A DNA stretch of 62,980 nt, counting the filler, from Octopus bimaculoides (Eukaryota): assembly GCF_001194135.2 (NCBI RefSeq). It is 9 parts of 9 records of this genome, joined end to end, with 100 filler letters (N's around TTAATTAATTAA, not from the genome) between each part and the next. Parts side by side here need not be neighbours in the genome. Positions count along the whole stretch, not along the records: positions 17,426 to 34,351 come from NC_068983.1; positions 34,452 to 40,246 come from NC_068986.1; 7 more parts are not named here. One strand, given 5' to 3'. Of the stretch, positions 25,181 to 37,350 are shown one piece after another. Made by a program: the position numbers and the translations under genes. The notes under the pieces are model-generated. The model worked only from the letters and a program-made list of their open reading frames with translations. It had not been told where the DNA came from and did no database searches. Position 1 is the stretch's first letter; every line of letters starts with the position of its first letter.

Positions 25181-26638
25181 CATTATTATACTTAACTTCA
25201 GTAAGTTACTATTTTCACTGTTCCTGCAAAACTTCTTACTCATAGGTTTTTTTTCCAAAAACTAAGCATTTGTTTTGGAAACTTTCTGAATTGTTTTGTT
25301 GTTACTTGCCAAGCAACCTTAACATTATTATAGGCCTCCAGGTAAAGCAATGTATGAGGGCTTCTAGGTTTTACTTAAAAAACTCATAAGATAAGCCACA
25401 GACCAGAAACTCACAGATTAATATTGGGATCCTAGATCAAGCACCCAAACAAATGCCCAGTGTGTTCAAGGATAGAAACGATCAACTGTTTCAAGAAGTC
25501 TGTTTGTGACAACTTAAGTGGTTTTACTTGTGAAGTCATACTTTTATGACATTATTCTCTGGCTAAATCAACTAGTTGCCCTCTTTTACTATCATCCTCA
25601 CATACCCTCAGTCTGGAGGGAAAGACTGTCTTTATGACCTTTTCAAACCCACCAAGACAGGTGACATTGATATATTTAATGTTCCTCTTCAACAACTGAA
25701 ATTTGGTGAATGCAGAAAAAATATGCCAGAAGGATGACATTCTAGGGAGGGATCTGGAAGAAGTAGGTTGTGCTGATAATGGTTGGGAAATAGAATATGG
25801 AGATGAATGGAAGAGAGATAAGGGAATCATAAGTGCATGGATGGAAATGGCATGATGGAGAGACAGCATTCCTTTGTGCCAGACATTTAAGGTGCTTTGG
25901 TGAGCTACTTCATGACAGTTGGTTGTGTGGTTTTGTTTTTTGACAAAATCTAGAATGTGTGTGTGCATATAACATTTTAGATGTGGGAACAGTATTTCAT
26001 TGTATATCTCAATTGAGCTTAGTGTAGAGTTTGCAGTTGTTTTGATCAAAATATTTTATGATTGTATAGAGGAAAGCCAGGTTTTGTGAAGCAATCTTCA
26101 GTATCTTATGGAAGGAAACTACATCGCATGCCTGCTCACTTCTCATGAATAATTCTGAAAGGCAAGCTATCCTAGAGAGAATACTTCGCCTTTCTGAAGC
26201 AATTTTAACTAAAATCTACTTCAGCCCTAAATCGTTGCCAAAATTTTATTAAGCAGTAATACAGCTTGCACTTAAATAACATTTACTCTAAAAAATCTAG
26301 ACATCTTCTGGGATAATTTGTTCACATTCTCTTTCACTATTCACCCGTAACTTATTATTGAAGAATGAGTTCCCTCTGTTGCAGGTTAGAACTGAAAAGA
26401 CACTGATCTTTCACAATATATTAACATAAAGAAAAAGAACATTTGCTAAAGAAGATGCAAATGTTTTTATAATTCTGAGTTCATAATATCTTTTATCACT
26501 GGATTCCATTGGGACTCTGTATCATTTTGAAGTTAATTACTTCGTACCAATTCTAAGAAAATTCTCATGTCTTCCACTAATTTTACTTTAAACAAACTTA
26601 AAATTCTTTTTTTTTTTTTTTTTTAATATATAGACACA

Positions 26639-26700
26639 GACTCATATATTTAAGACTCATATATTTAAGACTCATATATTTAAGACTCATATATTTAAGA
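26639..26700. repeat. Perfect 15-bp tandem repeat x4 (GACTCATATATTTAA)
   Basis: Seen directly in the sequence. Confidence 0.95.
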
Positions 26701-27139
26701 TGATTGCTTTACAATCCAATAGCTTCAGATTCAAGCTGACTTCATGAGACCTTAGAAAAGTGTCTTACTATAAGCACCAGATTGGCTAGTATTTTGAGAG
26801 TGAAATTTAGGGGATAGAAAGTGCACAGAAGTCCCCACAATGTGTGTGTGTGTGTGTGTGTGTGTACATGCTTGCAAAATATCTATATACACAATTGAGC
26901 TCCTCACCTAATTTCTTCATCCAATCTTTGTTCCATTCTTTCATTCCCTATCATTAACCTCTCTTTCATTTGCCAACAGCAATGTTTTGCTGTTGTAACC
27001 AAATGAGGGCAGAACTACATATTTTATATCCTTTATATGATACCAGTTTCCTTTTTCATTATCTGGAACCACACCAATTGACTTTTATCCTTTATGCAAA
27101 CATACACACATATCTTTATTTGTTTTTATATATCATCAT

Positions 27140-27660
27140 CCTCCACCTCATCATCATCATTATTATTATCATCATCGTTTAATGTCCTCTTTCTATGCTG
27201 GCATGGGTTGTACAGTTTGACTAGAGCTGGCCAAGACCTAGGAAGACATGGGGCACAGTTTTGAAGGCTGATGACAGAACATGGGACCTTATTAAGGAGA
27301 TGACAGAATACTTAGATATGTGGTGCATTGCTGTACTTGAGAAGACCCACCCACCACTACAGAATTGATATCATAAAACCAAGGTGCCACATAAAAAGCA
27401 TTGGTGTAGGTGTTGATGTCACACAATAAACACTGGTGCTTGTGCCACTTAAAAAGCACTGGTAATAATGCCACATAAAAAGCACCCAGTACATCCTGTG
27501 GAGTGGTTGGCACTAGGAAGAACATCAAGCCATAGAATCCAAGCCAAAACAGACTATAGAACCTGGTGCAGCCCCTGGTCTTGTTAGTTCCCATCATACC
27601 TTCTAACCCATGTCAGCATGGAAAATCGATGTTATATGTTAATGATGATGATGATGATGA
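27140..27660. mobile_element. Two SINE family E copies in inverted (tails-outward) orientation
   Basis: CATCATCGTTTAATGTCCTCTTTCTATGCTGGCATGGGTTG at the left end; AACCCATGTCAGCATGGAAAATCG...GATGATGATG at the right end. Confidence 0.7.
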
Positions 27661-27714
27661 AAATGATATACATACACGTACATGTATATATATTTTTTTT
27701 TTTTACTATTTTAC

Positions 27715-28098
27715 TATTTTACTTGTTTCAGTCTTTTGACTGTGGCCATGCTGGAGCACCACCTTTAGTCGAGCAAATCGACCCCAGGGCTTATTCTTTG
27801 GAAGCCTAGTACTTATTCTATTGGTCTCTTTTGCCGAACCGCTAAGTTACGGGGATATAAACACACCAGCATCGGTTGTCAAGCGATGTTGGGGGGGACA
27901 AACACAGACACACAAACATATATATATATATACGACGGGCTTCTTTCAGTTTCCATCTACCAAATCCACTCACAAGGCTTTGGTCGGCCCGAGGCTATAG
28001 TAGAAGACACTTGCCCAAGATGCCACGCAGTGGGACTGAACCCGGGACCATGTGGTTGGTAAGGAAGCTACTTACCACACAGCCACTCCTACGCCTAT
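27715..28098 (-). mobile_element. SINE family D (tRNA head plus CORE-like domain), near full length, CpGs retained (young)
   Basis: Minus strand reads ATAGGCGTAGGAGTGGCTGTGTGGTAAG...GGTTCAGTCCCACTGCGTGGCATCTTGGGCAAGTGTCTTCTACTATAGCCTCGGG (CORE-like CCTTGGGCAAGT). Other copies at about 32870-33060, 34500-35645 (split), 41035-41285, 47880-48245, 49960-50160, 53510-53660 and 61217-61350. Confidence 0.85.
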
Positions 28099-28099
28099 G

Positions 28100-28560
28100 T
28101 ACCATCATCATCATTTAACATCCATTTAACATCCATTGTCCATGCTAAAAAGCTGGGGAGCCGCAGCTGACTCCAGTCTGATTTGGCATGGTTTCTACTT
28201 CTGGATGTCCTTTCTAACGCAAACACTTTACAGAGTGTGATTGGTGCTTTGACACGACATTGCACAGGCGTTTTTATATGGTGCTGTAAGGGCTCTTTTA
28301 TGGGACACTGCCACAAGTGGCTTGTCCCCTCAATATTTGCCGATCGATGCTGGTTAGTTTACACTCCTGTTATTTAGTATCATCATCGTCATCATTTAAC
28401 ATCCGTGTTCCATGCTATCATGAATGGGACAGTACCACAAGAGCCGGCCAGACCAAAGCCTGTACCAGACTTCTGTTACTGTTTTGGCAGGATTTTTACA
28501 GCTGGATGTCCTTCCTAACACCAACCACCCAGTAGAGTGGACAGCAGAGTAGCTTGTACT
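28100..28560 (-). mobile_element. Two tandem SINE family E fragments
   Basis: CATCATCATTTAACATCC...CTGGATGTCC..TCTAAC occurs twice (about 28100 and 28380). Confidence 0.7.
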
Positions 28561-28769
28561 AAAAGTGACAATAGCATAAGAACCTGACTTAAAATGAATA
28601 AATACTGGGATCAATTTGCTCAATGAAACCCTTCAAAGCAGTGCCCCCCACCTCCACCCTCACCAGCATTACTGGTGAGGGTGGGGCGCTGAAAGAAGTA
28701 AAAGAATTTTAAAAATTACAATAATATATTTGTTTTGTGAGATTCTTGATGTGAATCATGTGTCGAAAC

Positions 28770-28845
28770 AGATATTGTTATATTTGGGGATGGTCATATT
28801 TTGCCAATTAAACACATGCACTATATATTTGGTCTTCACTTCAGC

Positions 28846-28884
<39 letters not shown>

Positions 28885-29111
28885 TAGTTTTATTTTTATA
28901 ACGTGCTTTCACTTCACTACCGAGCGCAGCTCTGTGCGCCTTGGGTATGTGCTGTGGTTTGCTGTGGTGCTCTTATGTTTACTGTATTGAAAGTGTTTTG
29001 CGTAGGATGTGTGCAGTACCCAGTAGTNNNNNNNNNNATATTGTTATATTTGGGGATGGTCATATTTTGCCAATTAAACACATGCACTATATATTTGGTC
29101 TTCACTTCAGC

Positions 29112-29150
<39 letters not shown>

Positions 29151-29344
29151 TAGTTTTATTTTTATAACGTGCTTTCACTTCACTACCGAGCGCAGCTCTG
29201 TGCGCCTTGGGTATGTGCTGTGGTTTGCTGTGGTGCTCTTATGTTTACTGTATTGAAAGTGTTTTGCGTAGGATGTGTGCAGTACCCAGTAGTGCAATTT
29301 TCTGTATGTTATATATATTTGTAAGTCCTGCTATTTTTGTTATG

Positions 29345-29383
<39 letters not shown>

Positions 29384-30795
29384 TTCCATCAAAGTTCTTT
29401 CATCAAACATCTTGTGACCTCTCCAGTGGCTTTCTATTCCATGTGTCTCCTCTTGTTCTGTTTATTCTGTTTTGTTTTCCTGTAGTATGTATCCCTATTT
29501 GTACATTTATTTGCTTCTGTGTGTGTGTGTGTGTGTGTGTGTGCACGTGTGTGTTTTGTATGTTTGTTTTGTGTACATGTATATGGGTTTGCTTATTTCG
29601 CTGTTTTACCTGTGCTTCATGTATTTTATTCATTTTTTTCTTCTTATTCATTCCGTTTAGCATGTGTATGTGTATCCTGTGTATGTGTATCCTGTGTATG
29701 TGTATCCTGTGTATGTGTATCCTGTGTATGTGTATATGAGTTTATGTATTATACTGCCTGTATGTGTCTTCTTCTTTCTCTTCTCATTCTGTCTTTAGTC
29801 ATCAGGCTGCATAGTATGGTGAAGGGGAGCTGAGGTGTTATTATTCCATTCATGTTTTCTGTTGAGGTTCGGTCTATCTACTACTACATATCTGGCCTCC
29901 ATAATCTGTTTGAGTGTCGTGTCTGTTCGATGTATCAATATCTTAACATCTATGTTAATAATCAAGCCTCCATGTCCTAACCGTTAGTAGTGAATTGATG
30001 AGCTATTTTCCTCCATGAACTCCTGCCAAAGTTCACTTATCTGCTCACCTATGCTGCTTGCTGTCTCCTCAGTGTATGCAATTGTCCTGTTTCTACAATT
30101 GTAATAAGTAAACTCATATGTTGTTGTTGTTGGCACTCCGTCACTTACGACGTCGAGGGTTCCAGTTGATCCAATCAATGGAACAGCCTGCTCGTGAAAT
30201 TAATGTGCAAGTGGCTGAGCACTCCACAGACACATGTACCCTTAATGTAGTTCTCGGGAATATTCAGTGTGACACAGTGTGACAAGGCTGACCCTTTGAA
30301 TTACAAGCACAACAGAAACAGGAAGTAAGAGTGAGAGAAAGTTGTGGTGAAAGAGTACAGCAGGGTTCGCCACTATCCCCTGCCAGAGCCTCGTGGAGCT
30401 TTAGGTGTTTTCGCTCAATAAACATTCACAACGCCCGGTCTAGGAATCGAAACTGCGATCCTATGACTGCGAGTCCGCTGCCTTAGCCACTGGGCCATTG
30501 CGCCTCCACAAAACTCATATACACACGTGCAAAATACACATACTAAATGCATACACACACACAGAAAAGCAAGCACATGTGCAGATAGTGATGCATATCA
30601 CAGGAAGACAAAATGAAATAAACAGAACAAGAGAAGACACATAGGATAGAGAGTCACTGAAGAGGTCACAGAACGTGTGATGAAAAAACTTTAACAAAGA
30701 AACTAAAATGATAATAATAAAGCTGAAATGAAGACCAAATATATAGTGCGTGTGTTTAATTGGCAAAAATATGACCATCCTCAACTATTACAATG
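28770..30795 (-). mobile_element. Penelope-like element relic: GIY-YIG endonuclease remnant (29830-30110) flanked by long inverted repeats (putative inverted pLTRs), with a SINE C inserted
   Basis: Minus-strand translation AYTEETASSIGEQISELWQE...H...VKILIHRTDTTLKQIMEARYVVVDRPNLNRKHEW. Segment 30510-30795 is the reverse complement of 28780-28860 plus 29385-29530. Both arms carry a decayed CTGRAGA-GGTCACA...TGAT-GAAA hammerhead-like motif. Confidence 0.6.
30118..30510 (-). mobile_element. SINE family C, full length (about 390 bp), tRNA-derived head, (CAA)n tail
   Basis: Head GGAGGCGCAATGGCCCAGTGG (A box)...GTTTCGATTCC (B box); body shared with the 10908 and 50325 copies. Confidence 0.88.
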
Positions 30796-33263
30796 AAAAA
30801 ATATATTTTAATTCTTTCTTCTTCAGAACATGTCTATTTTTACATCACAAATTTTTTCTCTGTTTATAATTAATGTAATTATCAAATTTGAACATCAAAC
30901 TATCAAATGTTTTTCAATTACCGACCATGTACCAATCCCACCTAAAATTACTCAATGCACCTGCTTTTATTGTGTTTCACCCTTTAGGTTAAAATTTTTT
31001 TTTTTTTCTTTTTACAATCATAACTTCTCTTCTATATGATAACATGACCTAATAAAGTAACCACATTCTTCTTAAACTACATATTACTATTGTGGAAGCA
31101 AAAGACATATTGAATTATGTAGCATTGGATATGGTGTGTGAAATAAGATTGGATATATTGTCTTAAACAAGATGGGACAGACATTGCTGGAATAGATTGA
31201 ACTTATCTGACCTTGATCAGGCTGAAATAAAGAAACAATTACAACAGTAACTCCAACATCTGAACTACCTTTTATGAGACCTAGCACCTAAATATCTGAC
31301 CTCTGACCTCATTGCTCCTTTTCATGTATTCTTCAGCTTACTTCTGCTCCTGTCAGTACACCATACTTTTTGACCTTGCATTATCTGTAAAAATACTAAT
31401 AATAATAATAAAAACCTCAATGTTCCAGCATCACTAGTAGTATATCTACTTTGCAGCAGCCCAACTTTGTAAAATAATATTTCTTTGCAATAAATTAATT
31501 CATGACTCATTAATTCATCAGAAATTTCCATAACAATCTATACCACGTGGGATTTTCTGAAAAGTCCTCTCATGTATAACAAAAGATAATAAAATCACTT
31601 GTACTAAGATAGAAATTGTGTGTAAAATATGACTGTCCCAATACTAGCACCAAGCTACATGCTGCTTATCATTACTATAGAACATTCTACTATCTTCTTC
31701 AATCAGTGTATTGATTTTAGACACCTGTAATGTTTCAATTCTATCTGGCATGCAGCAAAAAAAGCAATGCTAAAGAGTTAGCTATCTGTCAATGGTGCAC
31801 TATGGGTACAAATACAGTGTGTTGCGAACTGTAATAGGGTATACTTGAAGATAATTTTATAATACAAATGTTCTATGCAAATTGGTGTTATATCATGCTT
31901 GTAAATAATGTGGAGAATGTGAAATGTAAGAAATATTGGAAACTACTGTAGAGATGCAGTTCTAGCATATCCGGAATATAAAATATTGCTAAGTATATAA
32001 TTAATTTAACTCTTTTTTTAATCTAGGGATTTCATTAACTCAGCAACAAGTCATTGTAGCATTACCTTAGAAAATCCCACATGCTCTGATTTCCCTCTTG
32101 CACAAGAAACCAGAATTAAGAGCTTTTACCAAGCACCTCAAACCATTTCCTTCTTTCTTCTTGCATTTACTACATAGATTCTTGGTCAATGTAGATATAA
32201 ATTCTAGATCAATGCATAAAGTTTATGAAAGGATTCAAAGGAAAAAGCTATTTCTAAATATTGTTATAAGAATTCAGTGCCCATTCTACCTTTTCTCTTT
32301 TCCAAATTTGACTGTAGTCAGTCCTTCAGTTTATTTATTAAATCAGTTTCTGATTTGCAAGAATTTTCTTATCACTGCTTTTTCTTTGAATGCCTCTGTC
32401 TTTTTTTTTTATATTCAAATGATTGAAGACATTAACATATGTCACTTATCTTAATTCATTCAAAACATTTTCATTGTAGTATTTTCATATTCTTTCTCAA
32501 GTTATTGGCAATACTCTACATCCCATTTTAACATAAGATATGAAGAATGTTGTTTGAAAGTAATGTACAGTTTGTGATTTTAATAATATATGTCAAATGT
32601 GGATCAAGACAAATTTCCAAATGTGAAAAATGTAGCTGCAATCATTATCGTTATCGACAGCAGCATCATTACCATTCATTGTTTTGACATCCACTTTTCC
32701 ATGGTGCATAGGTTAGAGGAATTTACTTATAGTGTTGCTAACCCTCACCTGTTTCCTAGAATATTTCCTTATTGTCAGGCATGTTTTTCACAAAGATTGG
32801 TGATGAACAACACTCATTTTCAACTACCTCACAATGTCAAGATAAGGGGGTACCCCCTTACACACAGACATGCATACATACAATGGGCTTCTTTCAGTTC
32901 TCTTTACCAAATTCACTCACAAGACTTTCATTGGTTCAGGACAACAGTTGAAAGCATTTGTCCAAGGTGTCTCACTGTAGCAGTGAATCCAAAACAAAAT
33001 AGTTGGGGAACAAACATCTTAATCACACAGCCATACCTGCACCTACAAAGCCATACCTGTAATATTTGTTACTTTTGAATTGACTCCATTTTATGCTTGG
33101 AATCTTTTTGAAGCAGATATTCTTAAATCAGTCCAATACTGGAAAAAATATTTCGTTGCTATTGAATAATTTTTTATCATTCATTCAGACATGTAACATT
33201 GCAAGATTTTATGTACTGCTAAACGAGTCTGCCTTAATTTGTTTTCACCCAAAATTTATTATA

Positions 33264-33315
33264 TAGTTATTATAAGCCAATATACTATAAATAATATATT
33301 GGCTTATAATAACTA
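33264..33315. repeat. Perfect 21-bp inverted repeat with a 10-nt spacer
   Basis: TAGTTATTATAAGCCAATATA-ctataaataa-TATATTGGCTTATAATAACTA. Confidence 0.9.
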
Positions 33316-34100
33316 CATAAATATATTTATAGTGTGATGTGTAAAATTTTAATGATAATTACAGATAACTAATTATTTTTGTAACATTATTACGCAAGTG
33401 AAAAACAGAGCTCTAAAAATTTACTCATTGCTAATCACTTATCAACCAAGAATATTTTGTTTTCACACAAAATTATTGCAAGGAAATAAATTAATGAAGA
33501 AAATTGAAGAGGCCATTCAATGTGCTCCCTTCTCTACCACAACTACATATGCTGATTCCTTGTATTTCTTCCATTTTCCCTTAATCAACCTTTCTTCCTC
33601 TATTTAATCTGTCCACTTAGCATAACTTCTTCCAAGTATACCAATTTGACATCTACATTGCTTTCAAATATACTTTTAACTCAACCAGATTTACTTTCTT
33701 TGCTAATACAATGCTTTAGTATATTTATCAATGGGTAAGTGACATCCTGATAATGTTAAACTACACTAAAAATGAAAAATTACTCGTCTCATTATCAAAT
33801 TCATTTTATCACTTTCCATAGATATCATCAAACAATGTGTATAAGAAGAACTTAGCCACTCTAGCAAAATCTCACTGAAGTGTTGTATTCTTTATATTTC
33901 CAAAATAATATCATGATCGGAATTTCTTTTAAAAACATAGATATCTTTCATCTCTGACCATTTTGTTGATTCTCTGCAAGGCTAAAATATACTACAAAGA
34001 GAGTGCTCTATACTCTAAGCATCCAAATCCAGAATACATTTAAAATATAAAAGACATTTTCAGTGTATATAAATATATATGCATACATACATACACGCAT

Positions 34101-34139
<39 letters not shown>

Positions 34140-34252
34140 CAAGAATAAGGGCAGAGAATCGTCAATTAATAATAGAATTAATAATTAACAATTTTGCCAA
34201 GTAGTTCAGTATGAAAAAAAACCTTTATCGGTAAAACTATTTATCATCATAA

Positions 34253-34351
34253 ATATACAGGGATTAGCAATTGAGTTGCTTCTCCAACATACTGCTATTT
34301 CTAAATTTTCAGTATGTTGGAGAAGCAACTCAATTGCTAATCCCTGTATAT
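34253..34351. repeat. Perfect 42-bp inverted repeat with a 15-nt spacer, ending exactly at a scaffold end
   Basis: ATATACAGGGATTAGCAATTGAGTTGCTTCTCCAACATACTG (34253-34294) and its exact reverse complement (34310-34351). Confidence 0.92.
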
Positions 34352-34465
34352 NNNNNNNNNNNNNNNNNNNNNNNNNNNNNNNNNNNNNNNNNNNNTTAAT
34401 TAATTAANNNNNNNNNNNNNNNNNNNNNNNNNNNNNNNNNNNNNNNNNNNNAGAAAAAAAAAAAA

Positions 34466-34498
<33 letters not shown>

Positions 34499-34609
34499 CA
34501 AGCGTGTGTGACATCTTGAGCAAGTGTCATCTACAATAGCCTTGGGCTGACCAAAGCCTTCTGAGTGGATTTGGAAGACGAAAACTGAAAGAAACCTGTT
34601 GTATATATA

Positions 34610-35465
34610 CAGGGTGCAATGGGTAAACTGTCGCCATTTTATATTTTTAATTTCTCGCATGTGCATTGTCTGTTTTTGATTTTGTTGACTGCACAGTATG
34701 GTAGGGTCAGTTGGGCACTGTCTTTGAAAAAAACAGCAGCATGATGCAATTCATTCTGCTAGAAATTTGGAAAATGACACGTTGTACAGCTTGATATTCA
34801 CGCCGGAAGCTCCATGCCGTGTCCCCAAAACATGTACCGAGAGTGATAAAAATCAAACATCCAGTCAACATCATGGTATTTGGAGTGATGACTAGCGACG
34901 GTGAAGTTATGCCTCCATTCATCTTCCCACACGGCCTCAGACTCAACATGGAGCCCTACATCAAGTGCCTAGAGTAGGTAGTGCTGCCCGAGGTCAAGTA
35001 GGTAGCTACTGGAAGACCTTATGTCTGGCAACAGGACTCTGCACCACGCCACACAAGCAGAAGAACCCAGTCATGGCTTTCAGACAATTTCTGAGACTAC
35101 ATCACTCCAAACATCTGGCCACCTACCTCCCAAAACTGCAACCCCCGTGATTATTAAGTGTGGCACGCAGTTGAGTGACAGACCAACAAAACTCTTTGTA
35201 ACACCAAAGATGAGCTGAAGACAAGGATTATGGTAACATTCATCAACTTAGAAAAGTTTCAGGAGACCATCCAGAAAAGTTTCAGGAGATTCCGAAGTCG
35301 TCTGGAAGCCGTGGTTGAAGCCAACGACGATTTTATCGAATAAATTTACTCTTTAGTATTTTGAAATATTTTTATGTAGTTTTGGTAAATATATCTGCTA
35401 AAATGAGATGTCAGTTTTATTTTCATTTTTGTGTAATTTAGATGACAGTTTATTCATGTACGGTG
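34610..35465 (+). mobile_element. Non-autonomous DD37D Tc1/mariner element, copy 2, inserted at a TA inside a SINE family D copy
   Basis: TA-CAGGGTGCAATGGGTAAACTGTCGCC...GATGACAGTTTATTCATGTACGGTG-TA. Translation KHPVNIMVFGV...WQQDSAPRH...WPPTSQNCNPRDY has exactly 37 residues between the two Asp. The SINE D 5' half lies at 34500-34607 and its 3' half at 35468-35645. Confidence 0.9.
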
Positions 35466-35752
35466 TATGCATATATGTATGTATGTCTTTGTGTCTGTAT
35501 TTGTCCCTCCCCCATTACTTCACAACAGATGTTGGTGTGCTTATGTCCCCTGTAACTTAGCGGTTTGGCAGAAGAGACTGACAGAATAAATACCAGGCTT
35601 ACAAAGAATAAGTCCAGGGATTGATTTCTTTGACTAAAAAAGGTGGTTTTATATACTGTTTGTAGGCTGTTTTATGTGCCTTATATTTTTATATTTTCAT
35701 TTTTTATTTTTTTATTTTTACTTTATTATTTTATATTTGTATTGAATTTTGT

Positions 35753-35888
35753 AAATCTCTGAAGAGGCCTAGCGAATCATGCATGTACCATCATTACATC
35801 AGTTTCATCTACTAATTACTCCGGCGTACAGGAGCTATAGAGATAGAATGGGGCATGCCAACGCTAGGCCGAAACAGCTGTAAGTTTC
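35753..35888 (+). ncRNA. Minimal type I hammerhead ribozyme with intact core, 9-bp stem II and an 87-nt loop II insert
   Basis: CTGAAGA (35759-35765); GGCCTAGCG (35766-35774) / CGCTAGGCC (35862-35870); GAAA (35871-35874); palindromic helix III ACAGCTGT; GUA cleavage triplet ending at 35882; short stem I AAA(T)CT/AGTTT. Confidence 0.75.
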
Positions 35889-36092
35889 TGTCCCTTCTCC
35901 AATTGCTAAATGTCCTTTATATTTGAAATTGTAATTGTTACTATGATATGGTATGTCATAAGTGTCTGTATATTGTGTTTTTTGTCAATGTAGTTATAAA
36001 ATACACAGATTAATCAATGGAATACATTGTCTGCAAGTAGATGGGTACCGCATATTCTCCTCCATTTTCTCATTGCTATATATATACATATA

Positions 36093-37330
36093 TATGGTAT
36101 CTCAAAAATAAGGCAACCAACTTTTCTCAATTTTGCCAAAGCAAAATATTGTTATCTTTGTGGTCTGAGCATTGCAATGCAATGGTAAAGGAAACCCAAT
36201 TATGACACTACCACATTTATTCAATGTTTCAAATCACTGCTTTAAGTCTAGGTATGAATGCTTCACAAGTGGAACGCAGCTGTTTTTGCGGAATCAAAGC
36301 CCATTCCTGGGGCAGTTTTGCCTTCAGAGCATCAAGCGAAGCATGGTGAGTGCTTGAGACCTTCGTCTCCAAAATGGACCAAACAGAAAAATCTAACGGG
36401 TTGAGGTTGGGGCTTCTTGAGGACAATACATCCTTGCCTATGAATGATGGAATGTTTTTCTGAATCCAGTGTTATGTCTGTTGGAGTGAGATAGCAACAA
36501 GTCCTGTTGGTGGCTCCAACGTGTACCTTGAAAGTGCTCGTTTGCCCATGGAAGCAGTTCAGCTTCCAGAATGTCACTAATGTATTGCTGGGTGTTAAAA
36601 TTAACACCCAAGGGCACAAAAATGAGGGGAAACGTTCCAATAGCTGTCACACCTACCCAAACCATAACTGACTGTGGATTTTGACGTTGATTTATAAGTC
36701 TACCCTCAATGGAACCAGATACACTCCAAAGTCAGTCATTCTGATAGTTTACTGTCTACTTGATGTCAAATTTCTTTTCATCAGTGAACACCAGGTTGGG
36801 CAGCGTGCCTTCACCAATCTGACACAGGATAAGATGACTTCTCTCCAGTCTCATGGCCTTATAAACTTGTAAGGGTGGGTCCTGAAATTCTCTTTCAGCA
36901 CTCAATACATCGATGCTCAGCTTATTTTTGCTGTGGCAGCCAGTTTTCTGATAGAACAATGAAGATTTTGCTGTATCTTTTCTGTGGTACTTTTGATAAG
37001 CTGAGGGTCCATACAATTTTTATGGCCACTTCGAGGTCAATCAGTGGAAGAACAAGTCTCTTGAAATTACTCAACAATTTCTTGGACTGTTGTTTGATTA
37101 AGTTTAAGCTTTTTTGCGATAGCTGTATTATTTTTGCCTCCTCAGTGAAGTGTTATGATTGTATTTTGCTCTATACCCATTATCTAATCTATAAATCTGA
37201 ATTTATTTACACTGAAACAAAAAGAAGACACACTAAGCTTTTATAGTATTGTATAATTTTCATATCCTATCACATTTATTGATAGTTATTAAAGTAAAAA
37301 CTACAGTTGCCTTAACTTCAGGACACCCTG
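36093..37330 (-). mobile_element. Near full-length (about 1.24 kb) decayed Tc1/mariner transposon of maT/DD37D type, second family
   Basis: TIR TA-CAGGGTGTCCTGAAGTTAAGGCAACT versus degenerate TATGGTATCTCAAAAATAAGGCAACC. Frameshifted transposase with VFTDEKKF, MVWVGV...PLIFVP.GVNFNTQQYISDILE, QQD and SPNLNPLDFSVWSILE. Confidence 0.88.
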
Positions 37331-37350
37331 TATATATATATATATATATA

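Noticed and set aside
25552-26049. 165-aa minus-strand ORF, and an opposite-strand W/C/H-containing frame
   Set aside because: No recognisable domain; the plus-strand frame has several stops. At most a very old LINE remnant, which I cannot support.
28768-29293. Exact tandem duplication of about 260 bp
   Set aside because: The two copies are identical and separated by a 10-N gap, which is typical of overlapping contig ends left unmerged.
30420-30510. tRNA genes suggested by A/B boxes here and at 5700-5780, 9760-9840 and 28030-28098
   Set aside because: These are heads of multi-copy SINEs continuing into shared bodies and tails; no complete cloverleaf is evident.
31340-31410. GGAGCAGAAGTAAG on the minus strand, resembling the PSMC5 GAEVK exon end
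   Set aside because: The upstream residues (KYGVLT) do not match MPGAS, and it lies on a different assembly piece. No further PSMC5 exons were found in the window.
32590-33078. 162-aa plus-strand ORF
   Set aside because: It is built from decayed SINE E and SINE D sequence read in an arbitrary frame.
36093-37330. This element as the autonomous partner of the 850-bp DD37D deletion family
   Set aside because: The TIRs share only CAGGGTG and the transposase is frameshifted; it is a separate family.
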